Shown here piece after piece: positions 9,153-18,379 of a stretch of DNA of 64,000 nt. The position numbers were made by a program, and so were the translations under genes. Origin of the DNA: Alphaproteobacteria bacterium (GTDB lineage: Bacteria > Pseudomonadota > Alphaproteobacteria > Rs-D84); assembly GCA_017534945.1 (NCBI GenBank), contig JAFXVB010000013.1, positions 10,640 through 74,639 on the forward strand, read 5' to 3'. Numbering within the stretch: the stretch's first letter is position 1; each line of letters begins with the position of its first letter. Under the pieces are notes generated by a model that did not search any database, was not told the origin of the DNA, and saw nothing but the letters and a program-made list of their open reading frames with translations.

Positions 9153-9955
9153 AACTGATATTAATGGGGACAAACGATTTTGTTGTGCCGATTTTTGAAT
9201 CTCTGCGCAAAAAACACGATGTTTTATCGGTGTTCACACGTGCGCCTGCACCCGCAGGGCGTAGGCATGTTTTAACACCGTCACCTGTGCAGTTGTGGGC
9301 GGAAAGCCACAATTTGCCTGTTCATAATTCAATTAAAGAATTTGATAATGCGGGGGCTGATTTTGTTGTTGTAATGTCGTATGGCGTGATTTTGCCTGAT
9401 AATGTTTTGGCCCGGGGAAATTTTATAAATATTCACCCAAGTGCATTACCTAAATATCGTGGCCCATCACCAATACGCAGTGCGTTAAAAAATGGTGATA
9501 CAAAATCGGCGGTTTGCCTGATGAAAATTGTGCATGATTTGGATGCTGGGGACATTTATATGTGTCGTGAATTTGATATTGATATAAACGACACAAATAA
9601 AACTGTGGAAAATAAAGTTGATGAAATCGCAATTGAAATGCTGGACGAATTTTTTGCGTCCCCAGAAAAATATAAACCAATTGCACAAAGTGGTACACCA
9701 ATTATCAGTCATAAATTCACTGGTGCTGATGAAATAATCGATTGGAAAATGTCGCCAATGGAAATTCATAATTTGGTGCGCGCATTGGGTTGTGGTCGCA
9801 CAAAAATAAACGGTGTGGATGTCAAAATTTTGGAAACAAAAGTCGAAAACGACACATTGAAAATTTTACAAATTCAACCGGCGGGTAAACGCCCAATGGA
9901 TTGGAAAAGTTTTGTAAATGGTTTACATGGTGCAGAAATAAAATTTGGGGAATAA
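9149..9955 (+). CDS. fmt: methionyl-tRNA formyltransferase (short, 268 aa)
   Basis: ATGA overlap with def. IHPSALPKYRG motif and a C-terminal Fmt domain. def-fmt synteny is conserved. Confidence 0.9.
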   Translation: MKLILMGTNDFVVPIFESLRKKHDVLSVFTRAPAPAGRRHVLTPSPVQLWAESHNLPVHNSIKEFDNAGADFVVVMSYGVILPDNVLARGNFINIHPSALPKYRGPSPIRSALKNGDTKSAVCLMKIVHDLDAGDIYMCREFDIDINDTNKTVENKVDEIAIEMLDEFFASPEKYKPIAQSGTPIISHKFTGADEIIDWKMSPMEIHNLVRALGCGRTKINGVDVKILETKVENDTLKILQIQPAGKRPMDWKSFVNGLHGAEIKFGE

Positions 9956-9958
9956 GAA

Positions 9959-10195
9959 ATGCAAAATAAATGGAAAATTATCAAACATGATAATCAGGCA
10001 AAGGAAAAACAACAAATTTGTTTTTATTGCAAACACTTTTTCTGCACAAAATACCACTATCCAAGAACTCGAATGGTTTGTTCTGGATGTTTGCCACAAT
10101 GGGAATGGTTGTATTTTTTAATGCGTAATGTGTCGGCAACTGATACATGCAAGAAATTTACATTACATAAAATATACGACAAAGGACAAAGATAA
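9959..10195 (+). CDS. small Cys-rich protein A (78 aa; CFYC...CSGC)
   Basis: Starts 3 nt after fmt with a GGGGA SD. Contains two CxxC pairs. It is less clearly related to the three ORFs downstream. Confidence 0.4.
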   Translation: MQNKWKIIKHDNQAKEKQQICFYCKHFFCTKYHYPRTRMVCSGCLPQWEWLYFLMRNVSATDTCKKFTLHKIYDKGQR

Positions 10196-10238
10196 AAAAT
10201 TTATGCGGAGAGGGATAAAAAGCATAAAAGGAAACGAA

Positions 10239-10469
10239 ATGGATGCGAAAGATTATGGTAAAACGGCTGTTTGCGGTGTAAATGGTGACGGTGTTATTAT
10301 CTCGTCTTATAACTGTAAATGTCCATGTTTAAATTGTGTTGGATGTAAAAATCAGGAAGACAAAACCAAATGTGGGTGGCGGCATGTATTGGAAATAAAT
10401 CCATGCACAAATGAAGACATGCGTGAAATGCTGTGCATAAATTGTAAAAAAGTAGAACAACAAAGATAA
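10239..10469 (+). CDS. small Cys-rich protein B (76 aa), paralogue family
   Basis: AAGGA SD 8 nt upstream (alternative ATG at 10203). Motif CGVNGDGVIISSYNCKCPCLNCVGC and a C-terminal CINC. Confidence 0.55.
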   Translation: MDAKDYGKTAVCGVNGDGVIISSYNCKCPCLNCVGCKNQEDKTKCGWRHVLEINPCTNEDMREMLCINCKKVEQQR

Positions 10470-10483
10470 ATAAAGAGGCTAAA

Positions 10484-10729
10484 ATGCCAAAGCAAACAGA
10501 CCAAGAAAAATATTGTAAATATATGCAACAAAATGTTGTTGTTTCTGATTATAATAATCGTGGTAAATGCACTTGTTTAAAATGTAATCAGTCTGAATGT
10601 ACCAAAGAATGCAGTGCAAATGTACATTCTGTACGTATATCAAGAAAATGCAGTTCTGGTAGAGTTTGCTGGATACGTGGCAATTGCAATGAATGCATAA
10701 ATACAACATTATATAGCAATCAAAGGTAA
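10484..10729 (+). CDS. small Cys-rich protein C (81 aa), paralogue family
   Basis: AAGAGG SD. Motif CKYMQQNVVVSDYNNRGKCTCLKCNQSEC and a C-terminal CNEC. Confidence 0.55.
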   Translation: MPKQTDQEKYCKYMQQNVVVSDYNNRGKCTCLKCNQSECTKECSANVHSVRISRKCSSGRVCWIRGNCNECINTTLYSNQR

Positions 10730-10732
10730 AAA

Positions 10733-10939
10733 ATGACAAATTTTATAAATCCATTATGCGGATTACACGCGTCTAATGTTGTTATATCAAATTACAACAA
10801 TAACGGATTGTGCCGGTGTCTGGGCTGTGTTGGAATTTTTTGCCAGGTCTGTCAGCAATACAAGGATTTATTAGACGAGGCAGATAAAAACAATCAAATA
10901 AAATTGGAACGCTGTATTGCATGCATGAAACAAAAATAA
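10733..10939 (+). CDS. small Cys-rich protein D (68 aa), paralogue family
   Basis: Starts 3 nt after ORF C. Motif CGLHASNVVISNYNNNGLCRCLGCVGIFC and a C-terminal CIAC. Confidence 0.55.
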   Translation: MTNFINPLCGLHASNVVISNYNNNGLCRCLGCVGIFCQVCQQYKDLLDEADKNNQIKLERCIACMKQK

Positions 10940-10955
10940 AAATCTGGGGTAAAAA

Positions 10956-11699
10956 ATGGCGCGTTATAAAGTTGAACTTGAATATGACGGAACAAATTTA
11001 ATTGGTTGGCAGGAAAACCAAGATGGCCCATCTGTGCAATCAATAATGATGGACGCAATTGAAAAATTTTGTGGTTTGCGCCCAACCATATTTGGTGCGG
11101 GACGCACAGATGCGGGTGTTCATGCGATTCGTATGACGGCACATTTTGATTTGGATGTGGAACATTCGCCATTTACCGTTATGAATGCATTGAATTTTTA
11201 TTTATTGAACGAACCTGTGGCGGTATTGTCGTGTGAAAAAGTTGATGAAGATTTTTCTGCACGTTTTTCATGTATTGCGCGTCATTATAAATACGTTGTT
11301 TTGAATCGCGCGGCACGACCGGTTTTGGAAAAAAACAAAGTATATTGGGTGCCACAAAAGTTAAATGTTGATGCAATGCGTGTGGCTGCAAAAAAGTTAA
11401 TAGGTAATCATGATTTTACATCTTTTCGGGCAAGTCAATGCCAAGCAAAAAGCCCGATAAAGACACTTGATAAACTTGATATAAAACTTGATGGGGATTA
11501 CATAATATTTGAACTTTCTGCGCGTTCATTTTTACATCACATGGTACGAAATATTGTTGGAACATTGATTGAAATTGGGCTTGGTAAACCATACGATATT
11601 GATGATGTTTTAAATGCCAAAGATCGTCGCGCCGCGGGTCCAACCGCACCGGCGTGTGGTCTGTATTTTATTCGTGCGGATTATTCCACCAACGATTAA
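10956..11699 (+). CDS. truA: tRNA pseudouridine(38-40) synthase
   Basis: GAGRTDAGVHA catalytic-Asp motif and typical TruA length. Confidence 0.95.
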   Translation: MARYKVELEYDGTNLIGWQENQDGPSVQSIMMDAIEKFCGLRPTIFGAGRTDAGVHAIRMTAHFDLDVEHSPFTVMNALNFYLLNEPVAVLSCEKVDEDFSARFSCIARHYKYVVLNRAARPVLEKNKVYWVPQKLNVDAMRVAAKKLIGNHDFTSFRASQCQAKSPIKTLDKLDIKLDGDYIIFELSARSFLHHMVRNIVGTLIEIGLGKPYDIDDVLNAKDRRAAGPTAPACGLYFIRADYSTND

Positions 11700-13638
11700 A
11701 CGGTGTATGCTGAATCGCGCCGTTTTCATAAATTACAAATCCGCCGCGCAAAATTTTATGTGCACAATGTGGTGCATATATGTCAAAGTAAGACACAATA
11801 AAATCTATATTTTTATCATGACATAAATTTACAAAATGTTTTTGCAAAGGTTTGAATTTTTGAATATATGCAACTGTAAAGTTTTTTGATTCATAAATAC
11901 AAATTCCATCTGGGCATTTGCGTCGTGTATTTGTATCATCTGGTGATTCGCCATTTAATTTACGAAACGCATTAAATGCAAAATAATGATTTGATGCGCG
12001 TGCTTTATTAAATTCTAATTTGCCGTCATATACCATGCCAATCAATTCATGGTCTGGTGTTATATAAAATACTGGGTGTGGTCGTACTGCAATAATTGTG
12101 GTTCCAATCAAAATACAAATTCCAAACAAAATGTAATTTGCATAACGATAAATCCAAAGTGCAGAATCTTTAACTGGTCTTATAAAAATCAAACATAATA
12201 ATCCAATAATAAAAATTGCAAAGGCTGTATTTGGAATATGTGGCATTATTAAATTTGCACTGGGCATATCCGCTATATTTTGTGCAATATGTAATGAAAA
12301 GTTATAAATATACATTGCTAAATTCAATAATAAATGGCCACCAAACATGGCGCAAATTGTACCAAGTATAACAAGTGGCATAATCGCAAAAGAAAAAATC
12401 GGTAATAATATCAAATTTCCAAGCAAACTGTATAATGGTACAGAACTGAAATGCATTGCAATAAAAGGCAAGGTAAATATAGTTGCCACAATTGCGGTCA
12501 TGATTGCCACATAAAAACCATTTTTAATTTTTATCAATATACTTTTATTTGTTCCAAAATTTTTATCACCAAAAAACCAAATCAATCCAAATATGGCGGC
12601 AAAAGATAATTGAAAGCCAGCCTGGGTCACAAAATGAGGATTAATGAAAAACAGAATCAAAAATGCGATACATATATTCCGCATTGATATTGCCGCACGC
12701 CCAACCAATAACGCAACAAATAATAATGATGTCATCAAAAACGCACGCAAAGTCGCAACACCAAACCCAGATATACAAACATATCCCGTAAGAAAAATCC
12801 ATGCGCAAATTGTTGCAATAATTCGCGCCGGCACACGTCGTGTGATGAAACCAATACTGCGAAATATTAAATAAAACAAAGCAAACAACCAACCGCCAAT
12901 CAATGTCATGTGAAAGCCGCTGATTGACCAAATATGCCCGATACCTGCGGTTGTCCAAATTTTCTTGTCACTTTTCGGCACCGCGTTTTTATATCCCAAA
13001 ACCAAACCATCGGTTAAAAAAGAATTTGCTTTGTTATGAATAGTGCTGCGCAATCCATTTATACTGGCCGAGTTTTTATGCTGTAAAACCTCATAATCAA
13101 CAATAAATCCTGTGGCGGTTAAATTGTTAAAATATGCCCATCGCGCATAATCAAAAGATTCTGGGGCTTCCATTGATGCCGGCGGAAACAGCGAAACTTT
13201 TGCATGAATGACATCGCCAATGCGCAAAATGTTTTCATCGTCTGGAACGGTCAATCGTATGTTTGCGTCCCGCGACAATCCAATGTCCACCGCCGGCACA
13301 GATAATAAAACGCGCATCTTTTCCGGCGCAATATCTATATCTTTAATTTGTGCAGTAATAATTTTATCACGCACAGAATATTTTAATATCGGGGTTGATA
13401 CAAAATTTTGCGTATAACAAACCGCATACAAAAACCCACACAGAACCAGCATCGCGCCACGCAAAACAAAATTCATTTTGCCAAATAATAAAATAATCAT
13501 ACCCGCGACAAATGCAATAAATGGGTATGAAACATGTGGTTCATTTGGCATAATAAAATACACAGCCGCGCCAAACGCCAATAACATTGGTACGAACAAG
13601 AATCTGTTTTTAATTTGATTGTGAATAAATTCATACAT
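11668..13638 (-). CDS. comEC: ComEC/Rec2 family competence membrane protein
   Basis: 656 aa with many TM segments and a competence-domain core (GLxHxxxISGxHxxL-like: GIGHIWSISGFHMTLIGG). Convergent 32-nt overlap with truA. Confidence 0.85.
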   Translation of the reverse strand: MYEFIHNQIKNRFLFVPMLLAFGAAVYFIMPNEPHVSYPFIAFVAGMIILLFGKMNFVLRGAMLVLCGFLYAVCYTQNFVSTPILKYSVRDKIITAQIKDIDIAPEKMRVLLSVPAVDIGLSRDANIRLTVPDDENILRIGDVIHAKVSLFPPASMEAPESFDYARWAYFNNLTATGFIVDYEVLQHKNSASINGLRSTIHNKANSFLTDGLVLGYKNAVPKSDKKIWTTAGIGHIWSISGFHMTLIGGWLFALFYLIFRSIGFITRRVPARIIATICAWIFLTGYVCISGFGVATLRAFLMTSLLFVALLVGRAAISMRNICIAFLILFFINPHFVTQAGFQLSFAAIFGLIWFFGDKNFGTNKSILIKIKNGFYVAIMTAIVATIFTLPFIAMHFSSVPLYSLLGNLILLPIFSFAIMPLVILGTICAMFGGHLLLNLAMYIYNFSLHIAQNIADMPSANLIMPHIPNTAFAIFIIGLLCLIFIRPVKDSALWIYRYANYILFGICILIGTTIIAVRPHPVFYITPDHELIGMVYDGKLEFNKARASNHYFAFNAFRKLNGESPDDTNTRRKCPDGICIYESKNFTVAYIQKFKPLQKHFVNLCHDKNIDFIVSYFDIYAPHCAHKILRGGFVIYENGAIQHTPFNRWWNNPHE

Positions 13639-13676
13639 ATACGCATTATAGGGCGTGATTTACAATGCGCAACAGT

Positions 13677-13991
13677 TTATTTTCCAAATATAAAGTCTGG
13701 GTTTGTCCCCAATGCGATAATTGCGTCTATATCATCGTTATCACATGTTTTTTGTCGAATAACCTTTCCGCATTTTTGGCATTTATGTGTAATTACAAAC
13801 TTTCCGTTTCCCTGTTCAACCGATACAGGTTCCATCATGCCGCCACAATCACTTTGACGGTCGCCCGGGTTGTTATCAACATGTCGTGACCATAAACATT
13901 TTGGGCAATGGTTCGTATATCCATTGCCCAAAACCGTTGCGCCACAATGTGCGCATGTAAAATCTTCAACACGTTTTGTAAATTGTTTCAT
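13677..13991 (-). CDS. RNHCP domain protein (zinc-ribbon)
   Basis: FTCAHCGATV...YTNHCPKCLWSRHVD matches the RNHCP signature. A second CxxC pair is present (CQKCG). Confidence 0.75.
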   Translation of the reverse strand: MKQFTKRVEDFTCAHCGATVLGNGYTNHCPKCLWSRHVDNNPGDRQSDCGGMMEPVSVEQGNGKFVITHKCQKCGKVIRQKTCDNDDIDAIIALGTNPDFIFGK

Positions 13992-13994
13992 GAA

Positions 13995-14243
13995 TTAAAT
14001 ACCCAATGCATCACGATACATTTTGGTTAATTCGTCGGCTTCGTCCAATTCATCTGGATCCAATTTACGCAAACGAATCATTTGGCGAATATATTTTGGG
14101 TCATATCCCGCGGATTTAGCCTCGCTATAAATTTCTTTGATATCAGCGGCAATATTCGCAGTATCTTCGTTTAATTTTTCAATTCTTTCAATAATAGATA
14201 ATAATTGTTGGTTATCAAAAGCACCATGATTTGCATTTTTCAT
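13995..14243 (-). CDS. gapR: GapR/DUF2312 (UPF0335) nucleoid-associated protein
   Basis: NQQLLSIIERIEKLNED...IKEIYSEAKSAGYDPKYIRQMIRLRKLDPDE is the typical alphaproteobacterial DUF2312 sequence. I use the ATG at 14243 rather than the longer ORF-track start at 14303. Confidence 0.8.
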   Translation of the reverse strand: MKNANHGAFDNQQLLSIIERIEKLNEDTANIAADIKEIYSEAKSAGYDPKYIRQMIRLRKLDPDELDEADELTKMYRDALGI

Positions 14244-14326
14244 GTTTGTTTTCCCCTTGTTTATTTTGCAATAATATAATATATTATCTATGACAAAAAT
14301 CAAGAAAAAGCAGGGGGGGAGTTTTT

Positions 14327-15697
14327 TTGATGTTTAAATATACTAAAATTACAGCGTCATTAGGTCCAAAATCTGAAAGTCATGCAATTATAACGAAAAT
14401 GGCGCGTGCGGGTGTTAATCTTTTTCGCATAAATTTCAGTCATGATACCGGCGCGACCCAGGGTAAAAAGATTGATATGATTCGGGATGTGTCGCGTGAA
14501 TTAAAAACACCTTTGGCGGTCATTGTTGACTTACAGGGGCCAAAACACAGAATTGGAAATTTTGCAACCGAAGATAAATATAAATTGACCGTTGGACAAA
14601 GATTTGTGTTCGACAGTAATGAAACCCCGGGCGATTCTTCGCGCGTATGTTTGCCACACCCAGATGTTATTGCGTCATTGCATGCCGGCGACAGGATTTT
14701 ATTAAATGACGGTAAACTTGAAATGCGTGTTGACCGAACCGAACCAACAAAAATAATTGCGACGGTTATACGCGGAAATGAAATTTGGTCGCGTCGCGGT
14801 TTTAATTTACCAGATACATTTATAGATACATGTGTTTTGACCGATAAAGACAAGGCTGATTTGGAATACGCGATAACCAAAAAACCTGACTTTGTTGCTG
14901 TATCTTTTGTGCAAAGTGCGGCGGATATTGACTATGTTCGTGATTTTATTAATGCACGCACTTCGCATAAAATAAAAATCATTGCAAAAATAGAACGCCC
15001 ACATGCGGTTCATGATATTGATAATATAGTTGCGGCGGCGGACGGTATAATGATTGCACGTGGTGATTTGGCGGTTGAAATGCCGTATGAACAAGTACCG
15101 GCGATTTCGCGCCATATCATAAGGTTATGTCGTCAAATGAATCGGCCTGTGATTGTTGCAACGCAAATGTTGGCATCCCTTGTTGATGGTGAATTCCCAA
15201 CGCGTGCAGAAATCAGTGATGTTGCAAATGCATCGTATTTGCGTGCGGATTCCACGATGACCAGTGAAGAAACCACCATCGGTATAAATCCTGTCAATGC
15301 AATTCAAACAATGTCGCGAATTTTAACATACGCAGACATGGACGGAATTGCGAATCCAAACGATTGGACGCGTGTCGAACATGTTCCAGAAAATAATTGG
15401 TCGCGTTCGGTGGCATCTATGGCGCATTTGAATAACGCATCGGCAATAATTGTTTTTGACAGGGACGGCATTGCAACAACCGAAATATCATGTCGTCGCC
15501 CAGATATGCCGATTGTCGCGGTATGCAACGATGAAACGGTTGCTAATCATTTGTGCCTGTGTCGCGGGGTTTTTCCTATTTGTGATACAGAAACATTTGG
15601 ACGCAGGGACGAAACAATGGCGGCAAAAATTTTTGGAATAAAAATTGGTGATGTCGTCGTCGTTGATGATGGCACAATCAGCCTTCGCGGATTGTAG
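14327..15697 (+). CDS. pyk: pyruvate kinase
   Basis: KITASLGP, FRINFSHD, VDLQGPKHRIG and MIARGDLAVE motifs. Confidence 0.95.
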   Translation: MMFKYTKITASLGPKSESHAIITKMARAGVNLFRINFSHDTGATQGKKIDMIRDVSRELKTPLAVIVDLQGPKHRIGNFATEDKYKLTVGQRFVFDSNETPGDSSRVCLPHPDVIASLHAGDRILLNDGKLEMRVDRTEPTKIIATVIRGNEIWSRRGFNLPDTFIDTCVLTDKDKADLEYAITKKPDFVAVSFVQSAADIDYVRDFINARTSHKIKIIAKIERPHAVHDIDNIVAAADGIMIARGDLAVEMPYEQVPAISRHIIRLCRQMNRPVIVATQMLASLVDGEFPTRAEISDVANASYLRADSTMTSEETTIGINPVNAIQTMSRILTYADMDGIANPNDWTRVEHVPENNWSRSVASMAHLNNASAIIVFDRDGIATTEISCRRPDMPIVAVCNDETVANHLCLCRGVFPICDTETFGRRDETMAAKIFGIKIGDVVVVDDGTISLRGL

Positions 15698-15745
15698 AAT
15701 TTAAATTATTGACCTGTATATTTATTTTTTACTAACATTTAACAT

Positions 15746-16891
15746 ATGAAAAAAATGAAAAAAATTTTACTGCTTTTGCCTGTGCTGTTTATGTGCGGTT
15801 TTGCAAATGCGGCATCATATCGTGCGGCGTTGGTTGCAGATATGGATTCTGGTCGTGTGTTGTATTCTGAAAATGCAAATGTTGCAAATTACCCGGCGAG
15901 TCTTACCAAGATAATGACATTGTATTTAACATTTAACGCGTTGGAACATGGGCGTTTGCACCTGGACGATTATTTAATTGTATCAAATGCGGCTGCAAAC
16001 GCGGAACCGGTAAAATTAGGATTGCCCGCGGGTTCTAAAATAAAGGTCGAAGACGCGATAAAGGCCGTCGCGGTACAAAGTGCAAACGATGTCGCGCGCG
16101 TTTTGGCGGAAAATTTAAAAGGTGGCAAAGAGGGTAATTTCGCATCACTCATGACCCAGGTTGCAACGGAAATTGGTTTGTCGAATACTAATTTTGAAAA
16201 TTCATCGGGGTTGCCAGATGATGATCATTTATCAACTGCGCGTGATATTGCATTATTGTCCATTGCGGTATATAAACATTTTCCACAATATTGGAAATAT
16301 TTTGGTATAAAAAATTGGAATTATAATGGTCAAACATACACAAATGGAAATCGGTTGTTGACATCTTTCCCGGGATGCGATGGTATGAAAACTGGCTTTA
16401 CAAATAAATCAAAATATTCACTTGTTGCAACTGCATCGCGTGACGGTCATCATTTGATTGCGGTGGTGTTGGGTGCGGATAACAAAGATATTCGCGCATC
16501 TGTGGCAACCAGTTTATTAAATCGTGGATTTAAAATGTTGGAAAATGGCGCAACACCTGTGATGGTAAACACAAATCCAACACCGGTATCAAATTATGTG
16601 GCAAAGCCAATAACAGAAAATAATCCATTGGCGAAATATACAAATGACGCATCGGGTCAAACAAAGTTGGCACATGGTGCGGCGGGTGTCCAATTTGGCG
16701 CGTTTTCATCGCGGGATGCTGCCCTGCGTCAGGTTAAAAATGTTGAAAAAACATTGGGCGTGCATGCGGAAATAGAACCTGCATCGGGCGGATTATATCG
16801 CGTTCGTGTGAATAATTTGGCAGAAAATGTGGCACAAAGTTTGCGAAACAGGGCGACCGCCGCCGGTATTGACAGTTATGTGTTTCATTAA
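15746..16891 (+). CDS. D-alanyl-D-alanine carboxypeptidase (PBP5/6 type) with C-terminal SPOR domain
   Basis: Signal peptide, SLTK (SxxK), SGL (SxN-like) and KTGFT (KTG) motifs. C-terminal GVQFGAFSSRDAA...LYRVRVNNL... is SPOR-like. Confidence 0.9.
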   Translation: MKKMKKILLLLPVLFMCGFANAASYRAALVADMDSGRVLYSENANVANYPASLTKIMTLYLTFNALEHGRLHLDDYLIVSNAAANAEPVKLGLPAGSKIKVEDAIKAVAVQSANDVARVLAENLKGGKEGNFASLMTQVATEIGLSNTNFENSSGLPDDDHLSTARDIALLSIAVYKHFPQYWKYFGIKNWNYNGQTYTNGNRLLTSFPGCDGMKTGFTNKSKYSLVATASRDGHHLIAVVLGADNKDIRASVATSLLNRGFKMLENGATPVMVNTNPTPVSNYVAKPITENNPLAKYTNDASGQTKLAHGAAGVQFGAFSSRDAALRQVKNVEKTLGVHAEIEPASGGLYRVRVNNLAENVAQSLRNRATAAGIDSYVFH

Positions 16892-16906
16892 TACAATGTT
16901 ATTATT

Positions 16907-17500
16907 ATGAATCCAAAAATAGAAAAATTGATTAAAATGTTTGCGCGCTTACCAAGGGTTGGAAATCGTGCGGCAACACGCATAGTGTTGGCTTTGCTTG
17001 CCGATAAAACTGGTCGTGCAACTCAATTGGCGGAAATGCTGAACGATGTTGCCACAACAATTCATCCTTGCCCAAATTGTGGCGTTTTAACAGACGGCGA
17101 TACATGCGAATTTTGTCGTGATACATCACGCGCAAACGGATGTTTATGCATAGTGCGCGATATGACCGATGTTTTGGTTTTTGAAAAATCGTCTGTGTTT
17201 CATGGTCGTTATCATATTATTGGTGGTGTGTTGTCTGGGGTTGCGGGTATAACACCGGCGGATTTGAATATCAAAAATTTAATCACGCGCATAAACGATG
17301 AAAAAATAAACGAGATTATTTTTGCATTACCAAACACAGTCGAAGGAAAAACCACTGCAAATTATATAATGTCTGTGATTGGTAATGACGCGCATGTGAC
17401 ATTTACGGAATTGGCGTCCGGTATGCCATTGGGTGGGGAATTAGATTATATTGATGATGGCACATTAACATTGGCTTTAAAGGGGCGTAAAAAATTATGA
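16907..17500 (+). CDS. recR: recombination protein RecR
   Basis: Helix-hairpin-helix N-terminus, C4 zinc finger CPNCGVLTDGDTCEFC and a Toprim region. Confidence 0.95.
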   Translation: MNPKIEKLIKMFARLPRVGNRAATRIVLALLADKTGRATQLAEMLNDVATTIHPCPNCGVLTDGDTCEFCRDTSRANGCLCIVRDMTDVLVFEKSSVFHGRYHIIGGVLSGVAGITPADLNIKNLITRINDEKINEIIFALPNTVEGKTTANYIMSVIGNDAHVTFTELASGMPLGGELDYIDDGTLTLALKGRKKL

Positions 17501-18324
17501 CGGATAAAATATCTTCTTTGCCACCTGTGTCAACAATGATGCGCGAATGCGATATGATTGCGAAAAAAAAGTTCGGTCAAAACTTTTTGTTTGATTTAAA
17601 TTTAACCTGTCGTATTGCACGCGCGGTACCGAATATTGATACGATTCCAGTGATAGAGGTTGGCCCTGGTCCCGGTGGACTTACACGTGCATTACTATTG
17701 GCTGGGGCACACAAAGTTATCGCGGTTGAAATGGATAAAACAACCGAACCGATTTTATCACAAATAATAGATGCCGCCGATGGACGATTAACCGTTGTTT
17801 TTGGCGATGCATTAAAAACAGATTTTTCTAAATTTGGATTTGATGAATATGCAATCTGTTCGAATTTGCCATATAATGTTGGTACAGAATTATTGATACA
17901 ATGGATTCATAAAATTGCAAATGGTGAACCAATTAAATCATTGACTTTGATGTTCCAGCGTGAGGTTGCCGACCGCATAGTGGCGCGCCCGGGGAGCAAT
18001 GCGTATGGACGGGTATCTGTATTGGTAAATTTGGTTGCGGATGCAAAAATTTTATTTAATGTTCCGCGTACTGCTTTCACACCGGCACCAAAGGTGACAT
18101 CGGCGGTTGTTCAAATAATTCCAAATACCGAAAAAATAAAAGCGTTGGGAAAAATTGAATCTGTGGAAAAAATTACTGCGAAATTATTTGGTATGCGTCG
18201 CAAGATGATACGCGGAATAATGCCCGATGTTGATTGGAATGTGTTTGATTTATCCGGTACAGAACGTGCGGAAAATTTAACCCCAGAAAAATTTTGTGAA
18301 ATCGCAAAAAAATTGTTGCCATAA
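17497..18324 (+). CDS. rsmA: 16S rRNA (adenine1518/1519-N6)-dimethyltransferase
   Basis: FGQNFL and VIEVGPGPGGLT SAM motifs. 4-nt overlap with recR. Confidence 0.95.
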   Translation: MTDKISSLPPVSTMMRECDMIAKKKFGQNFLFDLNLTCRIARAVPNIDTIPVIEVGPGPGGLTRALLLAGAHKVIAVEMDKTTEPILSQIIDAADGRLTVVFGDALKTDFSKFGFDEYAICSNLPYNVGTELLIQWIHKIANGEPIKSLTLMFQREVADRIVARPGSNAYGRVSVLVNLVADAKILFNVPRTAFTPAPKVTSAVVQIIPNTEKIKALGKIESVEKITAKLFGMRRKMIRGIMPDVDWNVFDLSGTERAENLTPEKFCEIAKKLLP

Positions 18325-18379
18325 CTTTTACTGTTTTTGTATAGTTGATTTGTAATCCAGAGGAGAGAGGGAACCAATA

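Noticed and set aside
11668-11699. 32-nt convergent overlap of truA and comEC
   Set aside because: Both C-termini look plausible. A short convergent overlap is unusual, but it is not evidence of anything beyond a compact genome or a slightly mis-set stop context.
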